Source of the DNA: an uncultured Chloroflexia bacterium
GTDB taxonomy: Bacteria; Chloroflexota; Limnocylindria; Limnocylindrales; CSP1-4
NCBI GenBank assembly: GCA_963828165.1
Contig: CAWHDR010000001.1
Location: 1,824,001-1,888,000 of the forward strand
Length of the DNA stretch: 64,000 bases
Direction: 5' to 3'
Position 1 is the first letter of the stretch, and every line of letters begins with the position of its first letter. The notes under the pieces were generated by a model that searched no databases, was not told the DNA's origin, and worked only from the letters and a program-made list of their open reading frames with translations. The translations under genes and the position numbers were made by a program. Shown here piece after piece: positions 19,768-29,504 of this stretch.

Positions 19768-20449
19768 ATGGCGGCACCTGGCCCACGCTTCTGCCCGCGG
19801 TGTGGCACCGAGCGCATCGGCGACATGCGCTTCTGCCCGAGCTGCGGTCTCGACCTTGGGCAGCTCGGGACCGGAGGATCGCCCCTCCGTCGAGCCGGCC
19901 CAGCCAGTCGACGACGCGCCGCCAGTGGCGTCGCCCCCGGTGCCTCGGCGCGAAGCCGCGCCTCGCCGCTCGTTCTGGCGCCCGCTCGTCGGACCGGGTC
20001 TCCTGGTCCTGCTCATCGTGGTCGTCGCGGCGTGGGTCACCGGCCTCGGTCCCTTCTCCCCGCGCGGCGGTTCCGGCACGCCGGCGGGAAACGGGGCCTC
20101 GAACGCCACCCCGACATCGCCGTTCCTGCCCGAGGTCACGTCGCAGCCGTCCTTCATCGCCTCGCCCGGTCTCACGGCGCCGCCCGTCGGCTTGCGGATC
20201 CTGAGCCCGGCCGATGGCGCGGTCGTCGGTGCCCGTGACGTCACCGTGATCGGAACGGCGCCCGCCGGACTCCGCATCACGCAGGACGTCAGCTTCGGGT
20301 TCGACCGGCACGCGACCGCCGACGGGACCGGCCACTGGGCCATCGGACTGGAGCTCTCGGAAGGGGACAACGAGCTCAAGTTCCGGATCGGCGACGACCC
20401 TTCGACGACGCAGACGATGCACGTCACCTACGTGCCCCCGGCGCCCTGA
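19768..20449 (+). CDS. Zinc-ribbon membrane protein with C-terminal Ig-like domain (frameshift near 19870)
   Basis: GGAGG RBS; FCPRCG..RFCPSCG, then in the next frame a TM helix and ILSPADGAVV..VTVIGTA..LSEGDNEL. Confidence 0.7.
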
Positions 20450-20452
20450 CGC

Positions 20453-21304
20453 TCAGAGATCGCGCCGCTCGAACCACCAAGTCGCGGCGCCTAGCACGAG
20501 CGCGATCCAGAGGACCGACCAGATGATGAAGCCGAGCGGCGGCGGCGCCGTGGCGTAGAACGGGTTTGCCTCGGCGAGGTCGCCCGCCTCGCCCGCCGCG
20601 ATCATCACGACCAGTGGCGGTTCTAGCCCGTAGATCACCCCGCGCCAGAGCCCGTCGGTCGGCAGCACCCACCGACTGAACTCCGCGACGGACCGCAGGG
20701 CATCGACGCCGAGCGCGGAGGCCACCCCGGCGAGCACGCCGGCCATCCAGCCCAGGCCGAAACCGACGACCGCGATGGCACCCGCGGCGATCGACGGCAT
20801 GACCGACCCGAGCGCCAGGGTCAGCGTCAGCAGGACGAGTGCCTCGCCCGCAAGGAACGCGACAGCAACGAGCGGCTGGGGCGGGCCGAACCCGGAGATC
20901 AAGATGGCGACCGCGATCGCCAGCAGCCCGGACGCGACCGCGTACAGCCCGACGACCACCGCGGAGCCCACCCAGCGACCGAGCAAGTGGTCGGCGCGTC
21001 GGAGCGGCCTGGCCAGGATCGCCAGCGCAACCCCGGACTCGAGGTCGCCGCCGACCGCCGGCGCTCCCACGAACGCCGCTGTCATGGCCAGCACGAAGCT
21101 GAACATGAACGCGATGAGGATGAGTACCTGCGACACGCCGATCCGGATCTCCAGCTCGCCGACCCCGTCCGCGCGCGCGAGCTCGACGAGGCGCGACAAG
21201 CCGAAGGCGACCAGCAGCACCGACACGATCGTCAGGGCGGCGAGGACCCAGACGACCCGACGCCGGAAGAGCTCCAGGATGGTGAGCCGCGCGATCACGA
21301 TCAT
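20453..21304 (-). CDS. ABC-2 type transporter permease
   Basis: Multiple TM helices, GDLESGVALAILARPLRR. Confidence 0.85.
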   Translation of the reverse strand: MIVIARLTILELFRRRVVWVLAALTIVSVLLVAFGLSRLVELARADGVGELEIRIGVSQVLILIAFMFSFVLAMTAAFVGAPAVGGDLESGVALAILARPLRRADHLLGRWVGSAVVVGLYAVASGLLAIAVAILISGFGPPQPLVAVAFLAGEALVLLTLTLALGSVMPSIAAGAIAVVGFGLGWMAGVLAGVASALGVDALRSVAEFSRWVLPTDGLWRGVIYGLEPPLVVMIAAGEAGDLAEANPFYATAPPPLGFIIWSVLWIALVLGAATWWFERRDL

Positions 21305-22230
21305 GGGTCAGTCGATCCGGTGATCAGCTCGAGGAAGCGGGCTTCGAGCGAGCCGCGACCCGGCTCGACGACGTGGACGCGACCACCGGCGGCGACGATG
21401 GCGGCCACCAGGTCCGGGATGCGAGCACCATCGAGCGGGCGGACCTCGAGCCATTCGCCATCGACCGCGACCGGGCCGAAGCGCTCGACGGCCGCGTGGC
21501 CGCGCTCGTCCAGGCCGGTCACGCGGACGCGAACTCCATCGACGGCCACGACATCGTCGAGCGCGCCCGATGCGATCGTGCGGCCCCGATGGAGGATCAC
21601 CACGCGATCACAGACCCGCTCGACCTCGGTCAGGAGGTGCGAGTTCAGGATCACCGCGGCCCCGCGGTCCCGGGCCGACCGGACGATCGCCCGAACATCG
21701 GTACGACCGATGGGGTCGAGCGCCGACGTGGGCTCGTCGAGCAGGATCAGCTCCGGTTCTCCGAGGAGCGCGACGCCCAGACCGAGTCGCTGCTGCATGC
21801 CCTTGGAGAACTCGCCGACCGCGTCGTCCTCGCGGTCCGTCAGCCCGACCAAGTCGAGCGCCCCCTCGATCGCGCTGGCTTGGCGGCCGACCGGCACGTG
21901 CGCGAGCCGGGCATGCAGCTCGAGGACTTCATAGGCGGTCAGCCAGGGCTGGTACCGGAAGAGCTCGGGCAAGTAGCCGATCTTCGCGCGTACGGCTCGG
22001 TCGCCGAGGGGCGCTCCCAGGACGGTGCCCGAGCCGCTGGTGGGTCGGGTCAGGCCCAGCAGCAGCTTGATCGCCGTCGTCTTGCCCGCACCGTTCGGCC
22101 CGAGGAGACCGACGAGCTCGCCGCGCCCGACGGTCAGGCTGAGTCCGTCGAGGGCGGTCGTGCGGCCAAAGGTCTTGACGATCCCGTCGAGCTCGATGGC
22201 GGGCGTCGAGGCACGGTCTTGGGCGGCCAC
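21301..22230 (-). CDS. ABC transporter ATP-binding protein
   Basis: GPNGAGKTT, FSKGMQQR, LLDEPTSALD, SH. Confidence 0.93.
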   Translation of the reverse strand: MAAQDRASTPAIELDGIVKTFGRTTALDGLSLTVGRGELVGLLGPNGAGKTTAIKLLLGLTRPTSGSGTVLGAPLGDRAVRAKIGYLPELFRYQPWLTAYEVLELHARLAHVPVGRQASAIEGALDLVGLTDREDDAVGEFSKGMQQRLGLGVALLGEPELILLDEPTSALDPIGRTDVRAIVRSARDRGAAVILNSHLLTEVERVCDRVVILHRGRTIASGALDDVVAVDGVRVRVTGLDERGHAAVERFGPVAVDGEWLEVRPLDGARIPDLVAAIVAAGGRVHVVEPGRGSLEARFLELITGSTDP

Positions 22231-22254
22231 GGACTCCTACACAGGCTGGGGAAA

Positions 22255-22330
22255 TGGTGGAGATGAGGGGACTCGAACCCCTGACCCCCGCGATGCGAAC
22301 GCGGTGCTCTTCCAGCTGAGCTACATCCCC
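22255..22330 (-). tRNA. tRNA-Ala(CGC)
   Basis: GGGGATGTAGCTCAGCTGGAAGAGCACCGCGTTCGCATCGCGG...GTTCGAGTCCCCTCATCTCCACCA; TGCTACAAT upstream. Confidence 0.96.
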
Positions 22331-22437
22331 AACGGCGACGGATTGTAGCATCGGGCCGCCCCAGCTCCCTCTACCCGCTCCGTCCCGGGCCTCAGGACGG
22401 CGGTCCGCTGAGCGCAACGCGCGACTAGGCTCCGCCG

Positions 22438-23340
22438 ATGCCCATCGGCCTCCTGACCGGTCTCGGTGCCGCCCTGTCGTGGGGCACACTCGACGTCTTC
22501 TCCGCGCTCGCGAGCCGCCAGATCGGCAGCCTCCGCGTGACGACGGGGATGCAGCTGGTCGGTGCCGCCCTGATCTGGGTGCTGGCCCTCGCTCGCGGGG
22601 TTTCCTTCCCGTCGGACCCCGCAGTCCTCGTCGGCGGGTCGCTCGTCGGCCTGGCCGGTGCCGGCGCATACCTCGCGTACTTCACGGGGCTGCGCATCGG
22701 GCCCATCGCGGTCGTCAGCGGGATGGTGGCGGCATACGGGGGTCTCACGGTGGTGCTGGCCGTCTTGATCCGTGGCGAATCCCTGACGCTCGTCCAGGCG
22801 CTCGGTGCGACGGTCGCTACGGTCGGCGTGATCCTCACGGGCGTCGCGTTCGGCGGCGGGCTGCGCGGGGTGCGCTTCGCAGGCCCGGGGGTCGGGTTTG
22901 CGATCGTGGCCCTCGTGTTGTTCGCGGCGATGACCATCGGCAGCGATGTCGTCCTCGAGCGGACCGGCTGGATCGAGGTCCTGCTCGTCTCGCGCTCGGC
23001 CAACGCCGTCATCTCGGTGCTGGTGCTGGTCGTGGCGATGACCGTCCTGCGCGGGCCGGCCGGGCCGCTGCTGCGGGGCGAAGACGCGGACGGCGGCCGG
23101 ATCGACAAGCGGGTCGTCGCGGCCGTGGGCCTCGCGGGCGTGCTCGACGTCATCGGGTTGATGTCGTTCGCCTACGGGCTCGAGGTCGCGGAGACGTGGC
23201 TGGTCGGCCTGGCGTCGTCGTTCGGTCCCGCGGTCACGATCGTGGTTGCCGTCGCGTTCCTCGGCGAGCGGCTGAAGCCGATCCAATGGCTCGGCCTGGC
23301 GGGGGTCCTGGTCGGGATGATCGCGATCGGTCTGCCGTAG
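22438..23340 (+). CDS. EamA/DMT family transporter
   Basis: About 10 TM helices, GPIAVVS, FLGERL. Confidence 0.88.
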   Translation: MPIGLLTGLGAALSWGTLDVFSALASRQIGSLRVTTGMQLVGAALIWVLALARGVSFPSDPAVLVGGSLVGLAGAGAYLAYFTGLRIGPIAVVSGMVAAYGGLTVVLAVLIRGESLTLVQALGATVATVGVILTGVAFGGGLRGVRFAGPGVGFAIVALVLFAAMTIGSDVVLERTGWIEVLLVSRSANAVISVLVLVVAMTVLRGPAGPLLRGEDADGGRIDKRVVAAVGLAGVLDVIGLMSFAYGLEVAETWLVGLASSFGPAVTIVVAVAFLGERLKPIQWLGLAGVLVGMIAIGLP

Positions 23341-23349
23341 CGGGCGGGG

Positions 23350-24414
23350 TCAACCGGGAAGGCTGAACCAGAAGCGGGTCATTCCTTCGCGCGACTCCGC
23401 GCCCACCCGGCCGCCGCTGCCCTCGACGAGCTGCTTCACGATCGCCAGGCCGATGCCAGCGCCGCCGCGCGCACGGTCGCGCGATTTCTCGACGCGATAG
23501 AACCGCTCGAACACCCGATCGAGGTCTTCGAGCGGGATGCCCTCACCCGTGTTCGAGATCGAGACGAGGAGGTCACCCGGCCGCCGCTCGGCACGGACCG
23601 TGATGTCGCCACCGGCCGACGTATACCGGACGGCATTCGAGAGCAGATTGGCGAGCACCTGGGCCAGGCCGTCAGGGTCGGCTCGGGCGGGCAACGTGTC
23701 CGGGACCTCGGCCCGGAGCGTGAGGCCGGCGCGTTCGATCGCGGGCGCGGCGAGGTCCAGGGCCGACCTGACGGCGGCGGCGAGATCGAGCTCGACGGCG
23801 ACCGACGGGGTCGTTCCTGCATCGCCCTCCGCGAGCGCGTCGAGGGAATGGGACAGCCGGACGAGTCGGTCGGCCTCCTCGTGCAGGGACTCGTAGGTCG
23901 CCCGGTCGGCGACGATCACGCCGTCGCGTAGGGCCTCGAGGTAGCCCTGAAGGTTCGTCAGTGGGGTCCGCAGCTCGTGGGCGGCATTGGCGATGAAGTC
24001 GCGCCGCATCTGCTCCTGCTGCTCGAGCGATGCGGCCATCTGGTTGAACGAGTCGGCGAGGCTGGCGAGCTCCTCCGGTCCCTCGCGCGGGACTCGGGCG
24101 GCATAGTCGCCGTCGGCGATCCGTCGGGCCGCTCCACCGATCTCCGCCAAGGGCCTCGCGAGCATGCGTGCGAGCACGACCGCCAGGCCCACGCTCGCGA
24201 GCACCGCGACCACCGACGCTGCGATGACGACGGTCGTGACCGAATCGTCGTACATGTCCCGCGCGTGCTCTGCGGAGTCGCCGGCCTCCATCATCAGAGC
24301 GGTAAACACGTCCGCCCCGACGACCGCCACACCCACGGCCAGGATCACGAGCCCGACCGCGGCCGACGCGATGGCCGCCAGCGCGATCCGACCGGCGATC
24401 CCGCGCGCGATCAC
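23350..24414 (-). CDS. HAMP-domain sensor histidine kinase (BaeS-like)
   Basis: Two TM, HAMP, ANAAHELRTPL, NLLSNA, FERFYR, GAGIGL. Confidence 0.93.
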   Translation of the reverse strand: MIARGIAGRIALAAIASAAVGLVILAVGVAVVGADVFTALMMEAGDSAEHARDMYDDSVTTVVIAASVVAVLASVGLAVVLARMLARPLAEIGGAARRIADGDYAARVPREGPEELASLADSFNQMAASLEQQEQMRRDFIANAAHELRTPLTNLQGYLEALRDGVIVADRATYESLHEEADRLVRLSHSLDALAEGDAGTTPSVAVELDLAAAVRSALDLAAPAIERAGLTLRAEVPDTLPARADPDGLAQVLANLLSNAVRYTSAGGDITVRAERRPGDLLVSISNTGEGIPLEDLDRVFERFYRVEKSRDRARGGAGIGLAIVKQLVEGSGGRVGAESREGMTRFWFSLPG

Positions 24415-24552
24415 GTCCGAACCCTGCACGTCACTGTGGGTGGCACCATCGGAATAGACCCGCATGGGTCCACACCGTTTCCGTCGTTTCTGGCCACCAC
24501 CGGCGCACGTTCATTCGCATCTGGTCACTGCCACCGACGGCCTGCACGTCCG

Positions 24553-25302
24553 TCACGTCCGGGCGGCTCGATACCCCACGCCGCGGACCGTCTGCACGTA
24601 GCGCGGCGCGTCTGGATCGTCGTCGAGCTTGTCGCGCAGCCGGCGGATGTGGACGTCGATGGTCCGATCGAGCACATCGGCCGCATCCTGGCCATAGACC
24701 GCATCGAGCAACTGGTCGCGCGACAGCACCCGTCCGTCGGCACCGATGATCGCGGCCAGGAGCCGGAACTCGACACGCGTGAGGTCGATCGCCGCCTCCC
24801 CGCGCCGGACCTCGTGGCGGGATGGGTCGATCGTGAGGTCGCCGTGGCGGATGACCGAACCCGCGACGGCGCCGCCGGTCGAGGGCTCAAGACCGACTGG
24901 CGCCGCCCGCCGCAGGATGGACTTCACGCGGAGGACCAGCTCGGCCGGCGAAAACGGCTTGGGCAGGTAGTCGTCGGCGCCATCCTCAAGCCCGGCGATG
25001 CGATCGATCGTCGAGCTCCGGGCCGACAGCACGAGGATCGGCGTGTGGGCCGCCTCCTCATCGCGGCGCACAGCGCGGATGACGGCCCTCCCGTCCAGTT
25101 CGGGGAGCATCAGGTCGAGCACGACGAGCGCCGGCTGATGCGTTTCGATGGCCTCGAGCGCCGCGGGCCCATCCGCGGCGGTCACGACCGTGAACCCGTC
25201 GCGCTCCAGGTAGGTCCGCACCAGCCGGACGATCTTTGCGTCATCGTCGACGACGAGGATCGGGGCCGCAGGGATGGTCGGGTCAGTCAGAAGAGCGGGC
25301 AT
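24553..25302 (-). CDS. OmpR-family response regulator
   Basis: ILVVDDD, LDLMLP, GADDYLPKPF, RTIDVHIRRLRDKL, TVRGVGY. Confidence 0.95.
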   Translation of the reverse strand: MPALLTDPTIPAAPILVVDDDAKIVRLVRTYLERDGFTVVTAADGPAALEAIETHQPALVVLDLMLPELDGRAVIRAVRRDEEAAHTPILVLSARSSTIDRIAGLEDGADDYLPKPFSPAELVLRVKSILRRAAPVGLEPSTGGAVAGSVIRHGDLTIDPSRHEVRRGEAAIDLTRVEFRLLAAIIGADGRVLSRDQLLDAVYGQDAADVLDRTIDVHIRRLRDKLDDDPDAPRYVQTVRGVGYRAART

Positions 25303-25563
25303 CGCGAACATGGTAGGCCGAGCCTATGGGTCCGCCATGTCGATCCGGTGACGCGGAGGCCCCGCCGATCGCGGCGCGTGCGCCCGGCGCTCCTATCGTC
25401 GATCGAAGGTTTGACCGGTCGACATTCGTGCATCACACGCATCCCATGACGAACGAGACGTCCGATTGCGAGGTCGCGCGCCCGCTTCCAGCCGTTCGTT
25501 CGCTGATAGGAGCATGCGGTGCACGGACGGAGAACGAAACCACCGGTCGGCTCATTTTTGGTC

Positions 25564-25592
25564 TTGTCGCACTAGAACAAGTGTTCTAATCT
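25564..25592 (+). promoter_or_regulatory. SOS promoter with LexA box upstream of imuA
   Basis: TTGTCG-N17-TAATCT with AGAACAAGTGTTCT (25574-25587, GAAC-N4-GTTC) in the spacer. Confidence 0.85.
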
Positions 25593-25601
25593 AGTCGTCC
25601 G

Positions 25602-26712
25602 ATGACGACCCCTCGTGGCGATGTGGATGCCGCTCTGGCGGGCCTCCAGGCTCGATGGGGAGCGGCAGCTCCGAGGGTCGTGGGGGCACTGGCGTTGGCG
25701 CAGGCGGTGGCCCTCCCCGACGAGCAGCCACGGTACGAGCCGGGCCTCGACGACAGCCGGGTCATCCACACGGGCTTCGCCGCGCTCGATGCGATCCTCG
25801 GGCCCGGAGGCCTCCCGAAGTCGGCCAGCGTCGCGATCCGCGGCGACGGCTCCAGCGGCCGGACGACGCTCTCCCTCCGGGTCGCCGCGGAAGCCCAGGC
25901 GGGGGGCTCGGTCGTGGCCTGGCTCGACCTGTCGCGCAGCTTCGACCCGGTCGAGGCCGTCGCCCGCGGCGTCCGGCTCGAGTGGCTCGTCGTCATCACC
26001 CCGGCCAGCCTGGACGAAGGCTTGTCGATCGCGGGCAGCCTGCTGACGGGTCGGTCGGTCGACATGCTCGTCCTGGACCTGCCCGGCGGTCGGCTGGCGA
26101 AGACGGACAAGCCGGCCAGGGTCGCCGATCGACTCCATCGACTCGCCGCGCTCGCCCGCCGCGCGGAGACCCTGCTCCTGATCCTCGATGCGCCCGGACT
26201 CGCCGGCGGCCTCGCGACCGCGGTCGCCGAGTCGACCGGCATCCGGCTCGAGCTGGCTCGCCGGTCGTGGGTCCGCCTGGGCCGCGATGTCGTCGGCCAG
26301 CGCACCGAGGCGATCGTCGCGCACAACCGCCACGGACCGCCGGGGCGCAAGCGCGACCCTCCGGATCCTCTACGCCGAGGGCGGCGAACGGGACGCCTGT
26401 CTCGCGCTCGACACCCTCCTCATCGAGGGGGCGCCGCTCGGGGCGCCCATACCGGTGCCAATCGGCACCGTCAACCCGAACGAGGCCCCCGATCGAAAGA
26501 CCCACGACCATGCGACGTCTCCACCTCTTCGTCCCGCATCTGCCCCTCCACCTGGCGCGGGCCCGACGCTCCGAGCCCTTCCCGACCGGCCCGCTCGTGC
26601 TCGGCGGTCGGCCGTGGGATCCGGGGCCGGTCATCGACGCCGACCGGACCGCTCGATCGCTGGGCGTCCGGCGCGGCATGCCGCTGGCGAGCGCCCATCG
26701 ACTCGTCCCTGA
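25602..26712 (+). CDS. imuA: ImuA-like degenerate RecA-fold protein (frameshift near 26350)
   Basis: TGFAALDAILGPGGLP, Walker A GDGSSGRTT (K to R), VAWLD..FDP, VDMLVLD; first gene of a LexA-boxed cassette. Confidence 0.75.
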
Positions 26713-27764
26713 GGCGACCTTCATCGAGCCCGATCCCGACGCGGACCGGGTAGCGGCTGAGACCGCGTTCGAGGCGCTCGGCGCGTTCAGCCCGAGCCTG
26801 GTCGGGGAGTGGCGACCCGATGGACGCCGCATTCGGGCTGTTCGAGATGGGGATCGATGGCCTGGGGCCGTTGTGGGGTGCCGAGCCGGTGCTCGTCGAG
26901 CGGGTCAGTTCCGCGTTGCGTGTCGCCCTCCCCGGGGAGCTGACGCCGCGGGCCGGGGTCGCCGGCACGCATTTCGCCGCGACCATCGCCGCGGTCCATG
27001 CCCGTGCCGGCTCGCCGGTCGCCGTCCCACCCGGCGACGAAGCGGCGTTCCTCGCGCCGTACCCGTCCGGCCTCCTGACGACGGACCTCGACGTGCGCGC
27101 TCGATTGACCCGGTTCGGGCTACGCGAGATCGGCGCCGTGGCGGAACTGCCCAGGTCGGCGTTGATCGCCCGGTTCGGGGACGAGGGTGCCCGGCTGCAC
27201 GCCCGGGCGCGTGGTGAGGAGACCGAGCCGTTCCGGGCGCGTCATGCCCCGGAGCGCCTGGCCCTCGCCCTGCCCATCGAGCCACCGGTCGAGGACCTCG
27301 AGCCACTGCGGTTCGTGCTCCACCGGCTCGTGGCCGCGATCACGGCTCAGCTCACGACCCTGGGACTCGCCGCGGACCGCGCGCACCTGACCCTGGAGCT
27401 GGACCTGGCCTTCGCCGCGCGCGGGACATCGCCGCGGATCGAGGTCGAACAGCGCTTCCCGGAGCCCACCGCGGACCCCGAGGCCGTCGAGCGGCTGCTG
27501 TTCGCGCGGCTGGAACGGGAGCCGCCGCCGGCGGCGGTGCAACGGCTGGAGCTGGAGTTACGGGGCACGACCCAGGCCGCTGGCCAGCAACTGCCGTTGT
27601 TCGTGCCACAGGCCGCGCGAACGGCTCGGCTCGGCTGGCAGCTCGCGAGGCTGGCGCTGACCTACGGGGAGGATCGCGTCCGGCGGGTCGCCATCACGGA
27701 CCCGGAGGCGCCACTCCCCGAGACCCGCTGGGCGTGGCGGCCGGTCGGGCTGGAGGGGGAATGA
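26510..27764 (+). CDS. imuB: ImuB-like inactive Y-family polymerase (frameshift near 26815)
   Basis: ARSLGVRRGMPLASA, RFGLREIG, LIARFG, clamp-binding-like QLPLF; no catalytic FF/SxDE motifs. Confidence 0.8.
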
Positions 27765-28009
27765 CCCGGCTGCTGCGCGAGCACCCCGCGATCGACGTCG
27801 AGCTCGATGCCGACGGTCGCCTGACCGCGATCCGCTGGAACGGCCGGCGCGAGGTCGTCGAGGTCTGCAATCGCTGGCGGGTAGAAGAATCGTGGTGGCG
27901 CGATCCGATCGCGCGCGACTACCTCAAGGTCGTCGGAGAGCGATGGCTCGCGCTGGTCTACCTGGACCGCATCTCCGGGACGTGGCACCTGGAGCGGCTG
28001 TACGACTGA
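27761..28009 (+). CDS. Small protein coupled to imuB (DUF6504-like)
   Basis: ATGA overlap; WNGRREVV..RWRVEESWW...ARDYLKV...WHLERLYD. Confidence 0.75.
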   Translation: MTRLLREHPAIDVELDADGRLTAIRWNGRREVVEVCNRWRVEESWWRDPIARDYLKVVGERWLALVYLDRISGTWHLERLYD

Positions 28010-28153
28010 ACGTCAGCGCCCGCGCCCGATGCGGCCGAGGTGCATGTCCTGGAACCTGCGAGTCCTGTCGCGAAGGCGGCCGCGCCCCGGCTCGCAACCA
28101 GGGCCGGATCCAGGCCCGGTCGGTCGTCGCGTCTCCGCTCATCCTCGCCGCTC

Positions 28154-28258
28154 TCAGCGGATCGGCGCACCCATCGTCAGGGTCACGACGAACAGGATGA
28201 GGAACATGCCGATCACGAGGACCAGCACGCCGATATCTCGTGGTTGCGCCGACTGCAT
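28154..28258 (-). CDS. 34-aa single-TM peptide (not in ORF track)
   Basis: GGGGAGG RBS; MQSAQPRDIGVLVLVIGMFLILFVVTLTMGAPIR*. Confidence 0.6.
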   Translation of the reverse strand: MQSAQPRDIGVLVLVIGMFLILFVVTLTMGAPIR

Positions 28259-28404
28259 TGCGCCTCCCCCACGGCTGCGCAGGCTCGGGTCTCCACCGCC
28301 CGAGCCGTGTCAGCATAGACGCGCGAGCGTGTTCATGTGTCGCGCCGATGCACCGCGATCGTCGCGCCGACGCACCAGATCCGTGGCCGAGTCGGCGGGA
28401 CGGC

Positions 28405-28908
28405 TCAACCCATCGGACAGGCCGCCCCATATCGGACGACCACGAAGGTCAGACCGCCCATCGGCCGGACCGATGTCTGGATCCGGCAGTCACCCCGACC
28501 GACCGATTCGATGACGAAGCCGCCGTCCTCCAACGGGCCCGAAAGCGACTCCGTCCGCAGCGCCGCGGTCTCGAGCGCGTTCTGCATCCAGCCCGCGATC
28601 TGAGCGGTGTCGTCGTTGTCGACGGCGTAGGTGCCGCTGACCGGTTCCGGGCTGATGTCGTCCGCAACGGTCGACGTCGGGAACCTCGGGAACCCCGGTG
28701 GGAGCTCGTCCCAGATGCGACCCCAGTCGGTCTCGGTCTGGGTCATGGCGGCAGCGGTGGGCTCGACCGACGGCGCCAGGGACGGCCGGTCCATGGGGGT
28801 CGCATTGGTCGTCGAGTCGTGCGTTCCGCAGGCCGCGAACGCCAGGGCGGCGACCAGCATCGCGACGAACGGGAGGGTGGGACGGGAGCGGAGATTCCGC
28901 GTCTGCAT
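28405..28908 (-). CDS. Putative lipoprotein
   Basis: MQTRNLRSRPTLPFVAMLVAALAFAAC lipobox; TAGACT 7 nt before the ATG. Confidence 0.7.
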   Translation of the reverse strand: MQTRNLRSRPTLPFVAMLVAALAFAACGTHDSTTNATPMDRPSLAPSVEPTAAAMTQTETDWGRIWDELPPGFPRFPTSTVADDISPEPVSGTYAVDNDDTAQIAGWMQNALETAALRTESLSGPLEDGGFVIESVGRGDCRIQTSVRPMGGLTFVVVRYGAACPMG

Positions 28909-28917
28909 GCACCCGAG

Positions 28918-29247
28918 TCTAGGCCGAACCGCTGATGCGCCCACCTAGCCCTGGCGACCCTTGACAGACGGCGTACTGTTCGGTCCTGACCGCCGTGTGG
29001 AACACGGCGATCTCGGCGACATGGCGTATAGGCACATCGGCGCCTGTCAAGCCGGACGCGCCCGAAGCGGCTCTTGGGGGAGCCCCTTCGGGCGTCGTCG
29101 ATTCCCGGGCGTGGCAGGACCCCGTCACCCCCAAGCGACGGGGTCCTGCGGGCCAGAGTCCGCTGCTCACCAGCGCTCCGGCGGGTCGGCGCCGACCATC
29201 GCAGTCGTTCGCCGCCTAGATCGTCTCGTGCCCCCAGGCCCCGAGAC
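28918..29247. ncRNA. Candidate structured non-coding RNA, family unknown
   Basis: At least 6 helices found by eye and two adjacent hairpins with complementary loops (TTGGGG / CCCCAA); no convincing ORF. Confidence 0.5.
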
Positions 29248-29256
29248 TTATGAGTG

Positions 29257-29400
29257 CTAGATCGCCGCCGCCTGGACCGCGATGACCGCGGGCAGGAGGA
29301 CGAGGATCAGGAGCATCGCAACCACCACGGCGACACCGCTCCGGAGCGCGGCCATGACGACCGGTCGCAGCGGGTGATCGAGGCGGATGGGTGCGTGCAT
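29257..29400 (-). CDS. 47-aa hydrophobic peptide divergent from dnaE2 (not in ORF track)
   Basis: MHAPIRLDHPLRPVVMAALRSGVAVVVAMLLILVLLPAVIAVQAAAI*; GC3-rich codons; no well-spaced RBS. Confidence 0.55.
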   Translation of the reverse strand: MHAPIRLDHPLRPVVMAALRSGVAVVVAMLLILVLLPAVIAVQAAAI

Positions 29401-29446
29401 GCCGGTGAGACGCCGAACCCCTCGATTGTGTTTCGTGATTCCTACT

Positions 29447-29465
29447 AGAACGTTTGTTCTATACT
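29447..29465 (+). promoter_or_regulatory. LexA box and -10 of dnaE2
   Basis: AGAACGTTTGTTCT (29447-29460) overlapping TATACT (29460-29465). Confidence 0.85.
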
Positions 29466-29504
29466 AGCAGGCCCTGCAAGCCCCGGCCCCCGACCGGAGA
29501 ACCC

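Noticed and set aside
14235-22330. Two similar tRNA-Ala genes bracketing 8 kb, as a possible integrated island (attL/attR)
   Set aside because: Both are complete tRNAs with different anticodons and their own promoters; there is no integrase and no obvious compositional shift
29252-29260. CIRCE-like GAGTGCTAG
   Set aside because: Half-site only, with no TTAGCACTC partner 9 nt away; it coincides with the peptide stop codon
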